DNA from: an uncultured Actinomycetes bacterium
GTDB lineage: Bacteria > Actinomycetota > UBA4738 > HRBIN12
Length of the DNA: 64,000 nucleotides
Direction of reading: 5' to 3'
Assembly (NCBI GenBank): GCA_963704885.1
Contig: CAVPIB010000008.1
Span: 47,654-111,653 of the forward strand
Made by a program: the position numbers and the translations under genes. The notes under the pieces were generated by a model. That model saw nothing but the letters and a program-made list of their open reading frames with translations. It was not told where the DNA came from and did no database searches. Position 1 is the first letter of the stretch, and each line of letters begins with the position of its first letter. Below are positions 1 through 8,868 of this stretch, piece by piece.

Positions 1-1
1 T

Positions 2-571
2 CCCGAGTTCTGGACCCGTCGGCGGATCGTGATGCCGGGGGGTGGAGCCTTCGAGCTCCCGCTCGTCAGCAGATCCGCCCTCGAGGATGTGGGGTTCGAC
101 ATCGTCGAGGACGTGAAACCGTCGTTCCTGCTGGCCGGGTCGCTACTGATAACGGGCGAGGTCGACCGGACCACAGAGTTCGAGAAAGGGATGCCGATCC
201 ATCAGGCGCTCCGCGGTGGCGACTGGGAACCGGATCCCTTGATCCTGGACGATCAGGCCGCGGTGCTCCACGTGGCGGACAAGGGGTTGGTCGTGCTCAC
301 CGGGTGCGGTCATGCCGGCATCGTGAACATCGTGCGTTACGCGAAGAAGCTGACCGGGATCGAGCGGGTGTACGCCGTGATCGGCGGATTCCATCTGACG
401 GGTGGCTTGTTCGAGCCGATCATCCCGAAGACCGTGGCAGAGCTGGCCGCCGAGGCACCTGCCGTGGTGATCCCGGCTCACTGCACCGGCTGGAAGGCCG
501 TGCACGCGCTGGCGGCGGAGATGCCCGAAGCCTTCGTGGCCAACAGCGTGGGTACCCGATACGAGCTCTAG
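2..571 (+). CDS. MBL-fold metallo-hydrolase (5'-truncated by window edge)
   Basis: Frame is open from position 2 (PEFWTRRRIVMPG). DDQA, TGCGHAG, GGFHL and PAHCTG motifs match the YqjP/MJ0301-like MBL family. Confidence 0.85.
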   Translation, partial: PEFWTRRRIVMPGGGAFELPLVSRSALEDVGFDIVEDVKPSFLLAGSLLITGEVDRTTEFEKGMPIHQALRGGDWEPDPLILDDQAAVLHVADKGLVVLTGCGHAGIVNIVRYAKKLTGIERVYAVIGGFHLTGGLFEPIIPKTVAELAAEAPAVVIPAHCTGWKAVHALAAEMPEAFVANSVGTRYEL

Positions 572-670
572 CCTGGTGACGGGGGTCACCCGGAATCGGC
601 CACTTGATCGCCGTTCGTCCCCTCGACCGCCGATGCGCCGGCGGCCGGTGTCGGGTTAGAGTCGCGTTCC

Positions 671-699
671 TCAACCTCCCCCACGGTCAAGGAGGTTGA
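671..699 (+). promoter_or_regulatory. Anti-Shine-Dalgarno hairpin over the RBS of the M15 peptidase gene; -10-like TAGAGT at 657-662
   Basis: TCAACCTCC (671-679) is the exact reverse complement of GGAGGTTGA (691-699), directly before ATG 701. Confidence 0.55.
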
Positions 700-700
700 T

Positions 701-1312
701 ATGTCACCGGATCGTCCACCGATCCTCGACACCGTGTCCACGTTCGTCAGGTTCGCGGTTGTCGCCGTGGCCGTCGTGCTACTAGCGCTCACGACTCCCG
801 TCCGGGCGGGTCATATGCAGGACTGGACCCACAACCACTCGTTGATCGCGACGCGTCCGTCTTCGTACAGCGCGATGGTTCAGCGGTTCGGGCAGGCCTG
901 CAGCAACGCGGCGGACGACGCACGGTCCTACTGGCCCCATCAAGCAGCCCGCAACGTCGGCGGGTACATCAAGTACAACGCGTACATAGGCGAGAACGTC
1001 GGGTACAACGTTCGGAACCACATCAACGCGTCTCACAAGGACGGTGCGACCGACTACGGCGTATACGGCTACGTCTGCCGGTACATCGGCGGCACCACAT
1101 CGTGGTCGACGCACGCGTTCGGAGCGGCGATCGACACGAACTCGTTCCGTAACCCACAGTTCCAGACGTTCTGGAGCGGCGTCGGGGCCGACGGGATCAA
1201 CCACGGCACCTACATCCCTGGCGTTTGGCAGAGCCACCGCTTCTACTGGGGTCTGAACTTCAGCCCCGGGCGACAGGACCCCATGCACTTCCAGTTCGTA
1301 ACCGGGTACTGA
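701..1312 (+). CDS. Secreted M15-family Zn metallopeptidase (peptidoglycan carboxy/endopeptidase-like)
   Basis: Signal peptide; R..IGG..WSTHAFGAAIDTN (SxHxxGxAxD) and DPMHFQ zinc-ligand motifs; GGAGG RBS. Confidence 0.8.
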   Translation: MSPDRPPILDTVSTFVRFAVVAVAVVLLALTTPVRAGHMQDWTHNHSLIATRPSSYSAMVQRFGQACSNAADDARSYWPHQAARNVGGYIKYNAYIGENVGYNVRNHINASHKDGATDYGVYGYVCRYIGGTTSWSTHAFGAAIDTNSFRNPQFQTFWSGVGADGINHGTYIPGVWQSHRFYWGLNFSPGRQDPMHFQFVTGY

Positions 1313-1337
1313 TCTCCCCCGCAAGGAGGTTCTACGG

Positions 1338-2693
1338 ATGTCCATCAGAGCCATCTCCGGCCCCCGCACGCTCGCTGCAGTCGTGATCCTCTCGATCGCG
1401 GTCGCGGGCACCGTCGCGCAAGCGCGATCCGAGGCCGCAACCGGACGCCAGACCAGGGACGCCGCTTGCTTCGGCGAGCGGAGCCTCGCGGTAGGGCGAT
1501 CGAGACTGGCCAGCGGTGATGCCGTGGTGGCCGCGGTCGGGAACACCCTCGTGACGATCCGAGGGGGCTCGGATGGCGCGGTGTCGGCGGTGGCGCTCCC
1601 GGGCGGTCTCGCGCGGCACGTTTCGTCCCGGCCCGGGCTCGGAACCGTATACGTGAGCGATCGACCCGGGAACGATCGGCTGGTTGTGACCACGGCGTCG
1701 GGCATGGGCGTGGTCTCCGAGCCGGGTGAGGTCATGCATCCCTCCTGGTCTACGGACGGAAGGATCGTCTGGTCCTTGGGCGCCGAGCTCAGGATCCGCT
1801 CGGCCGACGGTCGGCGGATCCGCTCTATCCGCGCTCCTCGGGGGGCGACCGGCGTGTTCTCACCGATCTTCGCCGCGAGGTCCACCTTGATGGCCGTGGT
1901 CTCCGAAAGTGCGGCCGGACCTCACGGCGACACCGCGCTCGACAACCTGTGGAGCTACGACCTTCGGCGCGGACGGTGGTACCGGGTCTCGACGTTCACG
2001 GCCGGTTCCCTTGCGTGGACGGCGATCCGCACGCCGGTCGTCGCTGGCCCGGGACGGGTGGAGTTCGTAGTGATAAGGGGACGGGCGGCAGCCACGGACC
2101 AGGTGTCGTACGAGCTGTGGGTGGTCGATGGGTCCCGGATCGTGAAGGTCCGTGATATCCCCGAAGAGATGTACCTCGCCATGGTCGTTGACGGCCGCCG
2201 GGTGTGGAACCGGTTCGATCCGGCGGTGAACGAGTGGCGCCTCCTCCTGGAGACCATCGGCGGCACCCTGCTGGATCTGGGCTGCGGCCGCGTCCAGGTG
2301 GATCCTCGAGGGCAGGCCGATCCCGACCTCGGGTTCTTCGAGTCGAGACCGTCTGAGCCAGAACCCTCGCCTACCCCGACCGATCCTCCTACGACCCAGT
2401 CCCAGGCCACGCCGACTCCGGTGCCCGACACGCCCCACTCGGTGGCGATCCTGGTCGGCGACTTCAGCTCGGCTGCGGCGGCGGCCGAGGTAGCGCAGCG
2501 TATCCGCTTGGCGTACGGTGACTCGGCGGGCGTTGCGGTCGTTGACAGCCAGCAGGCGCCGCTGGCGGTGGCGCCAGGAGTATGGGCGGTCGTGCTGCCC
2601 GTGGACCCGAGTCACGACATCCAGGCGGAGCTGGGGCAGTTCAGGTCTAACTTCCCCGAGTTCGGAGGCTGGAGCTGGGTGGTGGCGATCTGA
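1338..2693 (+). CDS. Secreted protein: beta-propeller-like region, Pro/Thr linker, C-terminal SPOR-like domain
   Basis: Signal peptide; TolB/PD40-like HPSWSTDGRIVW; PSPTPTDPPT linker; VAILVGDFSSAAAAAEVAQRI resembles SPOR; AAGGAGG RBS. Confidence 0.6.
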   Translation: MSIRAISGPRTLAAVVILSIAVAGTVAQARSEAATGRQTRDAACFGERSLAVGRSRLASGDAVVAAVGNTLVTIRGGSDGAVSAVALPGGLARHVSSRPGLGTVYVSDRPGNDRLVVTTASGMGVVSEPGEVMHPSWSTDGRIVWSLGAELRIRSADGRRIRSIRAPRGATGVFSPIFAARSTLMAVVSESAAGPHGDTALDNLWSYDLRRGRWYRVSTFTAGSLAWTAIRTPVVAGPGRVEFVVIRGRAAATDQVSYELWVVDGSRIVKVRDIPEEMYLAMVVDGRRVWNRFDPAVNEWRLLLETIGGTLLDLGCGRVQVDPRGQADPDLGFFESRPSEPEPSPTPTDPPTTQSQATPTPVPDTPHSVAILVGDFSSAAAAAEVAQRIRLAYGDSAGVAVVDSQQAPLAVAPGVWAVVLPVDPSHDIQAELGQFRSNFPEFGGWSWVVAI

Positions 2694-3112
2694 TGAACGC
2701 GGCGAGGGCGTTGGTGCGAGCGGCGGCGGCACTGACCTTCACGGTGATCCTGACCGCGTGCGGTTCCTCTCCGGCCTCGGAGGGGCCAACCTCCGGACCG
2801 GACCCCACGGAAACGCAGACCAGCCCGACCCAGAGCGGACCATCGGCCGTCTGGCTTGCCGGTCTCCGAGTGGAAGCCGACTCTGAGGACCTCAACGCCG
2901 ACACCCAGAAGATCCTGGAGGCGGCTGGGACCGCCATCTTCACGGGGCCGGTCTCGTGCTTCGACAGCGTGCCGGCGGAGTTCGTGCCGGCACCGGACGC
3001 GTACGTGCTGGGCCTGGTGGCGCCTTCCCGCGAGGAGCTCGAGGTGGCCGTGGATCGCGTCGGGCGTGAGCCGATCTTCGTGGTGCAAGTCACGAACACG
3101 TGCGTCGACTAG
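2693..3112 (+). CDS. Hypothetical lipoprotein
   Basis: Lipobox ILTAC; TGATG stop/start overlap with upstream gene. Confidence 0.7.
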   Translation: MNAARALVRAAAALTFTVILTACGSSPASEGPTSGPDPTETQTSPTQSGPSAVWLAGLRVEADSEDLNADTQKILEAAGTAIFTGPVSCFDSVPAEFVPAPDAYVLGLVAPSREELEVAVDRVGREPIFVVQVTNTCVD

Positions 3113-3132
3113 GCCGTTGTTAGCCTTAACCG

Positions 3133-3741
3133 GTGAGCCTCGTCCGTCGCCATCCCGTCCTGTCCGGGGTCGCGCTCGTCCTCCTGGTCGCGTTGACCGT
3201 GGTCGGGGCGAGCGCGATCACCGTGTGGCGCGCCGCCCACACCGACGACGCCAGTCACGCTGAGCGGGCCGATGTCATCATCGTGCTGGGTGCCGCCCAG
3301 TACGACGGGGAGCCCTCGCCGGTCTTCCGGGGTCGCCTAGATCACGCGGTACTGCTGTACCAGCAGGGGCGTGCGGAGCGCGTGATGGTCGTGGGATCCA
3401 AGTCTCCCGGAGACAGTACGACCGAGGCCGAGGCCGGCGGGGACTACCTGGTCTCTCAGGGGGTTCCGGCCGGCTCGGTGGTGGTCGAGCCCGTCGGGCG
3501 GACCACATACGACAGCTTGGTGGGAGCCGCGCGCTACATGCGCAAGCACGACATGGAGAGCGCGTTCCTGGTCTCCGATCCCTGGCACAACGCACGGATC
3601 ACCCGGATGGCCGCGGACCTGGGGATCCAGGGATACGCATCGGCAACCTGGACGTCGGCGGCCACCAGCGAGGACACGAGGTTCACGGGTTACGCCCGCG
3701 AGACCTTCGCCTATCTCTATTACCGGGTTTTCGGACGCTGA
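3133..3741 (+). CDS. YdcF/ElyC (DUF218) family protein
   Basis: N-terminal TM; DVIIVLGAAQY, RLDHA, TEA, VSDPWH and RE motifs. Confidence 0.9.
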   Translation: MSLVRRHPVLSGVALVLLVALTVVGASAITVWRAAHTDDASHAERADVIIVLGAAQYDGEPSPVFRGRLDHAVLLYQQGRAERVMVVGSKSPGDSTTEAEAGGDYLVSQGVPAGSVVVEPVGRTTYDSLVGAARYMRKHDMESAFLVSDPWHNARITRMAADLGIQGYASATWTSAATSEDTRFTGYARETFAYLYYRVFGR

Positions 3742-3753
3742 GACGGCTCCCGC

Positions 3754-4179
3754 TCAAGTGACGGTGAGCGTGCCCTCCATCCCCTGCCTGCGGTGGAATC
3801 GGCAGAAGAACGTGTAGGTGCCCGGTTCAAGGTCGATCGTCACTTCCTGCGAGCTTTGGGCGTCGTTCGCCAGGTCGATATCGGTCTCCTCGACCGTGAA
3901 GGTGTGAGGAGTGGTGGGGTTCGTATCGCTCACCGTGATGGTGTCGCCTTGCTGCACGGCGAGCTTCGCAGGCGCGAACTGGTAGTTCACCTGTGTCAGG
4001 GTCTTGCCGCCCGAGGCCGGGGGAGCGCCCCCGTCGCTCACGCTCGCATCGGTGGACGAGGCAGCTGTGCCTCCGTACGCGCCGCCCCCGCCACCGGTGC
4101 CCGAGCCATCTCCGCAAGCCGTCGTCATGAACAGGAGCGCGAGCGCCCCCGCGGCGACACAAGTGAAGCGCCGATCCAT
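3754..4179 (-). CDS. Cupredoxin-domain (type-1 copper) lipoprotein
   Basis: C-terminal part of ORF 3754..5475. ATG 4179 has GGAGG upstream; lipobox TTAC; PHTF...YTFFCRFH..GM copper ligands. Confidence 0.85.
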   Translation of the reverse strand: MDRRFTCVAAGALALLFMTTACGDGSGTGGGGGAYGGTAASSTDASVSDGGAPPASGGKTLTQVNYQFAPAKLAVQQGDTITVSDTNPTTPHTFTVEETDIDLANDAQSSQEVTIDLEPGTYTFFCRFHRRQGMEGTLTVT

Positions 4180-4257
4180 GGAACACCTCCCACGTCTTGC
4201 GGGTATACGGGCGGGCTCGCCCTCCGGCCTGTCGTCGCTCGACGCTAGCATGGGGTC

Positions 4258-5265
4258 GTGACGACCCCCCGTGAGCGCAGCGAGCAGATCGAGCGTGACA
4301 CCCTTTCTCCGCGCGCCACGCTGGCGTCGGCGTCCAAGGGGCGCGAACGCGACGAGCCGCAGGACGCCATCCGCACCGTCTTCCAGCGCGATCGCGACCG
4401 GATAGTCCACGCCAAGGCTTTCCGCCGTCTCAAGCACAAGACGCAGGTGTTCCTCGCGCCCGAGGGTGATCACTACCGGGTCCGCCTGACCCACACCCTC
4501 GATGTCAGCCAGATCGCCCGCACCGTTGCCAGGGCACTCGGTCTGAACGAGGACCTCACCGAGGCCATAGCGCTCGGCCACGACCTGGGCCATACCCCCT
4601 TCGGCCACCTGGGCGAACAGGCGCTGACGCCGTTCCTGGGTCGTCCCTTCCGCCACTCCGAGCAGAGCCTGCGCGTCGTGGATCACCTGGAGAACGATGG
4701 GCAGGGGCTGAACCTGACTTGGGAGGTCCGCGACGGCATCCTGCATCACCCATGGTCCATGCCGTCGCCGTCCACGCTGGAGGCCCAGATCGTGAGGTTC
4801 GCCGACCGGATCGCCTACATCAACCACGACGTGGACGACGCGGTCCGTGCCGGCGTCCTCCGTGAGGACGAGCTGCCTCGCGCGGCGCTCGACGTCTTGG
4901 GCGACACCCACGGCCGGCGGATCAACACGCTGGTCACCGACCTGGTGACCCAGAGCGAGGATCAGCCCGAGATCCAGCTCTCGCCGCAGGTATTCGCGGC
5001 GCTGGACGCGCTGCGTGACTTCATGTTCGACCAGGTCTACATGCGCGAGGGGGCCAGGGAGGAGAACGAGAAGGCTGTGAAGCTGATCCGGGATCTGTTC
5101 GCGCACTACCTCGAACACCCCGACGAGATGCCGTCCGAGTACCATCAGGCGCCGGGGGACCTCCCGACCCGCGTGGCCGACTTCATCGCCGGCATGACGG
5201 ATCGGTACGCCCTTCGGACATACGAGCGGCTCGTCCTTCCCCAGGGGTGGCTCATCGAGAGGTAG
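4258..5265 (+). CDS. dgt: Deoxyguanosinetriphosphate triphosphohydrolase
   Basis: FQRDRDRI..AFRRLKHKTQVF, RLTHTL, GHDLGHTPFGH HD motifs; canonical position upstream of dnaG. Confidence 0.95.
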   Translation: MTTPRERSEQIERDTLSPRATLASASKGRERDEPQDAIRTVFQRDRDRIVHAKAFRRLKHKTQVFLAPEGDHYRVRLTHTLDVSQIARTVARALGLNEDLTEAIALGHDLGHTPFGHLGEQALTPFLGRPFRHSEQSLRVVDHLENDGQGLNLTWEVRDGILHHPWSMPSPSTLEAQIVRFADRIAYINHDVDDAVRAGVLREDELPRAALDVLGDTHGRRINTLVTDLVTQSEDQPEIQLSPQVFAALDALRDFMFDQVYMREGAREENEKAVKLIRDLFAHYLEHPDEMPSEYHQAPGDLPTRVADFIAGMTDRYALRTYERLVLPQGWLIER

Positions 5266-5305
5266 AGCGGTATCCCGGCGGCACATCTGTACGGAACGGG
5301 GCGGA

Positions 5306-7093
5306 GTGGCGGGCAGGATCAGGCAGGAAGACGTCGAGGCGGTCAGGGAGCGGACCGACATGGTCAAGCTCGTCGGCCAGTACCTGACGCTCAAGAAGGC
5401 AGGCGGCGACAACATGACCGGCCTGTGCCCGTTCCACCAGGAGAAGACGCCTTCCTTCAGCATCTCTCCGGCCAAGCAGCTCTTCTACTGCCACGGCTGC
5501 GGCAAGGGAGGCGATGCCATCGGGTTCCTGCGCGAGCTCGAGCACCTCGGCTTCACCGAGGCCGTCGAACGGCTGGCGCAGCAGGCCGGCATCACCCTGC
5601 GCTACGAGGGCGATTCGCCCGCCGAGCGCCGAGCCGCCGCACGCCGTATCGCGCTGATCAAGGCGAACGAAGAGGCGGCGCGGCTCTTCGCGAAGATGCT
5701 CGCGGACGGCCGAGAGGCCGATGAGGCCCGCGCCTACGTCGCTGGCCGCGGCATAACCCCCGAGTCCGTCGAACGGTTCGCGATCGGCTACGCGCCCACC
5801 TACCCGGACTTCCTGCTTCGGCGTATGAGTCGCGAGTTCTCCCCCGAGATCTTGTTGGAGGCGGGTCTGGCCACCCGCGGCGACGACGGCAGTGCCGTCC
5901 GCGATCGGTTCCGCGGCCGCATCACGTTCCCCATCCACGATCTGCAGGGGCGCGGCATCGGCTTCGGAGCGCGGATCTTGCCGACGGATCCTCGCGCCTC
6001 CGAGCAAGCCAAGTACCTCAACACCGCCGAGACGCCCATCTACAAGAAGAACGAGGTCCTGTTCCATCTGGCGGCGGCGCGCGGTGCGATCGCCCGCGCG
6101 GGCGAGGTCTACGTGGTCGAGGGATACACCGACGTGATCGGCCTGGTGCAGGCGGGGATCGAGAACGCTGTAGCCACCTGTGGCACGGCGTTGGGGGAGG
6201 GGCACTTCCGTCTGCTGAGCCGGTTCGCGCAGCGCGCGGTCCTGGCGTTCGACTCGGACGAGGCGGGAGCACGCGCGGCGGAACGTGCGTACCAGTTCCA
6301 AGAGACGTTCCCCGTGCAGGCGGTCGTCATGATCATGCCGCAGGGTTTGGACCCCGCCGACTTCGTGGCCAAGCACGGCGCGGACGCCGTTCGCGAGGCC
6401 GCGAAGACATCTCGGCCGCTGGTGGAGTACATGGTGCGCCGAACGGTGGCGCGACACGATCTGTCCACGGTCGAAGGGCAGTCGGCCGCCGTCGCCGACG
6501 CGCTGCCCATCCTGGAGGGTCTGTCGGATCCGGTGCGCCGCAGCGAATACGGCCACCTGCTGGCCGACATCGCGGGAGTCTCGGACTCCTCGGTGATGCA
6601 GGCGCTGGAGCGCCGGCTGGGTGGTCGTCCTCAGGAGATCGCCAAGACCATGAAGCGCGTCTCCGCCCAGGACAAAGTGGAGCGCGAGATGCTGAAGCTC
6701 CTCGCGCGCGACGACCAGATCTACCAGGCCTACATCGGCCAGCTGGAGCCCGATCACTTCCGCAACGCGGGCCACAAGCGCACGTTCCAGGCGATCGTCG
6801 AAGCCAACGGCGATATCGGCGCCATCGGGGGCGGAGAGGATGCGAAGCTCGCCGCGGCCGTGTCGTCGCTCGCGGTCGAGGAGCTCGACGGTGAGCCCGA
6901 CCCCGAGTACGCGCGCAGCGTGTGGATGCGTCTGCAGGAGTTCCTGTTGAAGAGCAGGAGTGATGCCATGCGCATGACGCTGCAGAAGCTGAACCCCACG
7001 ACCAGTCCCGAGTACGACGATCTCTTCAGGGAGCTGGTGGCGGTGGACGGCGACCTGCGAAGGCTGCGTCACTCGGATCCCGATGTGGACTAG
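5306..7093 (+). CDS. dnaG: DNA primase
   Basis: CPFH..EKTPSF..CHGC zinc finger, DRFRGR, KYLNT, TOPRIM VVEGYTDV/DSD. Confidence 0.97.
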   Translation: MAGRIRQEDVEAVRERTDMVKLVGQYLTLKKAGGDNMTGLCPFHQEKTPSFSISPAKQLFYCHGCGKGGDAIGFLRELEHLGFTEAVERLAQQAGITLRYEGDSPAERRAAARRIALIKANEEAARLFAKMLADGREADEARAYVAGRGITPESVERFAIGYAPTYPDFLLRRMSREFSPEILLEAGLATRGDDGSAVRDRFRGRITFPIHDLQGRGIGFGARILPTDPRASEQAKYLNTAETPIYKKNEVLFHLAAARGAIARAGEVYVVEGYTDVIGLVQAGIENAVATCGTALGEGHFRLLSRFAQRAVLAFDSDEAGARAAERAYQFQETFPVQAVVMIMPQGLDPADFVAKHGADAVREAAKTSRPLVEYMVRRTVARHDLSTVEGQSAAVADALPILEGLSDPVRRSEYGHLLADIAGVSDSSVMQALERRLGGRPQEIAKTMKRVSAQDKVEREMLKLLARDDQIYQAYIGQLEPDHFRNAGHKRTFQAIVEANGDIGAIGGGEDAKLAAAVSSLAVEELDGEPDPEYARSVWMRLQEFLLKSRSDAMRMTLQKLNPTTSPEYDDLFRELVAVDGDLRRLRHSDPDVD

Positions 7094-7174
7094 GAACGCA
7101 ACGGCCGATCGGGTCACAGGCCTATCTGGTTTCGTACACTCGTGAAACCGTGCATCGTTCGCTGAGGAGACCCA

Positions 7175-8488
7175 TTGGCTGAAGCGGTCCGCGATGAAGC
7201 GCCGATGAGTCTGGACGAAGTCAAGGAAGCCATCACCGCCAAAGGGCGTGAGCGTGGCTTCGTCACATCGGAAGACCTTCTGGAAACCGTCCCGGTAGAT
7301 GACCTCACCCCCGAACAGGTCGAGGAGTTCCTGACCCAGATCCAGGAGCACCTGACGGCCGAGTCCATCGAGGTCATCGAGGTTCCAGGCGAGGATTCCG
7401 ACCCAGCCACCAACGTCCGCATCGAGGTCGACCTGCTGAAGGCGCCGACCAACGACCCGGTCCGGATGTACCTGAAGGAGATCGGCAAGGTCCCGCTGCT
7501 GAACGCTGCGCAGGAGGTTGACCTGGCCCGTCGGATCGAGGCCGGCGAGTTCTCCACGGCGCTCCAGCAGACGATCGAGGATGAGGAGAAGCCCGATCCC
7601 AAGCGCCTGAAGCACGTGGTCGAGAAGGTCTGGGAGATCCGTGACCATCAGCTGACCGCGTTCGGCAAGGTGGAGGGCATCGGCCGCGAGAAGATCGCCA
7701 AGTCCTACCGGCCCAAGACCGATGAGGAGATGGAAGCGTGGCTGAAGCGCGTGGAGCGCGACGGTCAGCTCGCCAAGAAGAAGCTGATCGAGGCCAACCT
7801 GAGGCTGGTGGTCTCGATCGCCAAACGCTACGTGGGGCGAGGGATGCTGTTCCTGGATCTGATCCAGGAAGGCAACCTGGGCCTGATCCGTGCGGTCGAG
7901 AAGTTCGACCACTCCAAGGGGTTCAAGTTCTCAACGTACGCCACGTGGTGGATCCGTCAGGCCATCACGCGTGCGATCGCCGATCAGGCACGGACCATCA
8001 GGATCCCAGTGCACATGGTCGAGACCATCAACAAGCTGGTTCGCGTGCAGCGGCAGCTGCTCCAAGACCTCGGCCGTGAGCCCACGCCGGACGAGATCGG
8101 CAAGGTCATGGGGATCGGCGCCGACAAGGTTCGCGAGATCCAGAAGGTGTCGCAGGAACCGGTTTCACTCGAGACCCCGATCGGCGAGGAGGAGGACTCC
8201 CACCTCGGCGACTTCATCGAGGACTCGGAGGCCGTGGTTCCGGTGGACGCCGCATCGTTCATCCTGCTTCAGGAGCAGCTGGAGAGTGTGCTTCACACCC
8301 TGAGCGAACGCGAGAAGAAGGTGATCCAGCTGCGGTTCGGCCTTGTCGACGGCCATCCGCGAACGCTCGAAGAGGTGGGCCGCGAGTTCGGCGTAACACG
8401 CGAGCGGATCCGCCAGATCGAATCCAAGACGCTGTCGAAGCTGCGGCACCCCTCGCGGAGCCAGAAGCTCCGCGACTACCTAGAGTAG
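7175..8488 (+). CDS. rpoD: Primary RNA polymerase sigma factor (SigA/RpoD)
   Basis: Region 1.2 [11 protein letters not shown], regions 2-4 ([36 protein letters not shown]); TTG start with GAGGAG RBS. Confidence 0.97.
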   Translation: MAEAVRDEAPMSLDEVKEAITAKGRERGFVTSEDLLETVPVDDLTPEQVEEFLTQIQEHLTAESIEVIEVPGEDSDPATNVRIEVDLLKAPTNDPVRMYLKEIGKVPLLNAAQEVDLARRIEAGEFSTALQQTIEDEEKPDPKRLKHVVEKVWEIRDHQLTAFGKVEGIGREKIAKSYRPKTDEEMEAWLKRVERDGQLAKKKLIEANLRLVVSIAKRYVGRGMLFLDLIQEGNLGLIRAVEKFDHSKGFKFSTYATWWIRQAITRAIADQARTIRIPVHMVETINKLVRVQRQLLQDLGREPTPDEIGKVMGIGADKVREIQKVSQEPVSLETPIGEEEDSHLGDFIEDSEAVVPVDAASFILLQEQLESVLHTLSEREKKVIQLRFGLVDGHPRTLEEVGREFGVTRERIRQIESKTLSKLRHPSRSQKLRDYLE

Positions 8489-8499
8489 TCCGCCTCAGA

Positions 8500-8763
8500 C
8501 TAGTTCCAGACCGCCTCGTCGCTCTCGTAGTCGCTCATGCGATCGCGTAGCGAGCCGCGTGCACGCTTGATCATGTCGAGGCTCTTCATCGTGGCTTGAT
8601 CGGCCAACCGCTTCCCCTGCGCGGACACCGTACGAGCTGTGCGGCTCCCGGATTCGCGACGTGGGCCGCTGACGACGTTCGGGTCGTCCTCGCGCATCTT
8701 GGCCGCCAACTTGTAGCCGATGAAGATCCCGAGTCCGATCAGGATCAGGTTGCGAAGTCTCAT
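8500..8763 (-). CDS. Small membrane-anchored hypothetical protein (87 aa)
   Basis: MRLRNLILIGLGIFIGYKLAAK N-terminal TM then helical tail; fills the gap between rpoD and the phosphatase. Confidence 0.7.
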   Translation of the reverse strand: MRLRNLILIGLGIFIGYKLAAKMREDDPNVVSGPRRESGSRTARTVSAQGKRLADQATMKSLDMIKRARGSLRDRMSDYESDEAVWN

Positions 8764-8868
8764 GGTGGAGCCCCCAGGCGTCGTGGGCTGACAGCCTATC
8801 GCGATGCTCGGCAAGCTGGGAGGCTCGCGGGGAGAGCGATGACCGGCTGGTAGGCTCCGCGACTCTCG

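Noticed and set aside
4258-5265. dGTPase (or Lhr) as an anti-phage defence system
   Set aside because: Short housekeeping-type dgt in the conserved dgt-dnaG-rpoD context; no defence-island neighbours.
3754-5475. 573-aa ORF taken as one protein
   Set aside because: Only 3754..4179 is cupredoxin-like and has an RBS; the rest is antisense to dgt/dnaG.
5252-7912. 886-aa minus-strand ORF and many other long antisense ORFs (e.g. 16854..18647, 20874..22394, 36120..37937)
   Set aside because: Shadow frames of well-supported genes in high-GC DNA; no motifs.
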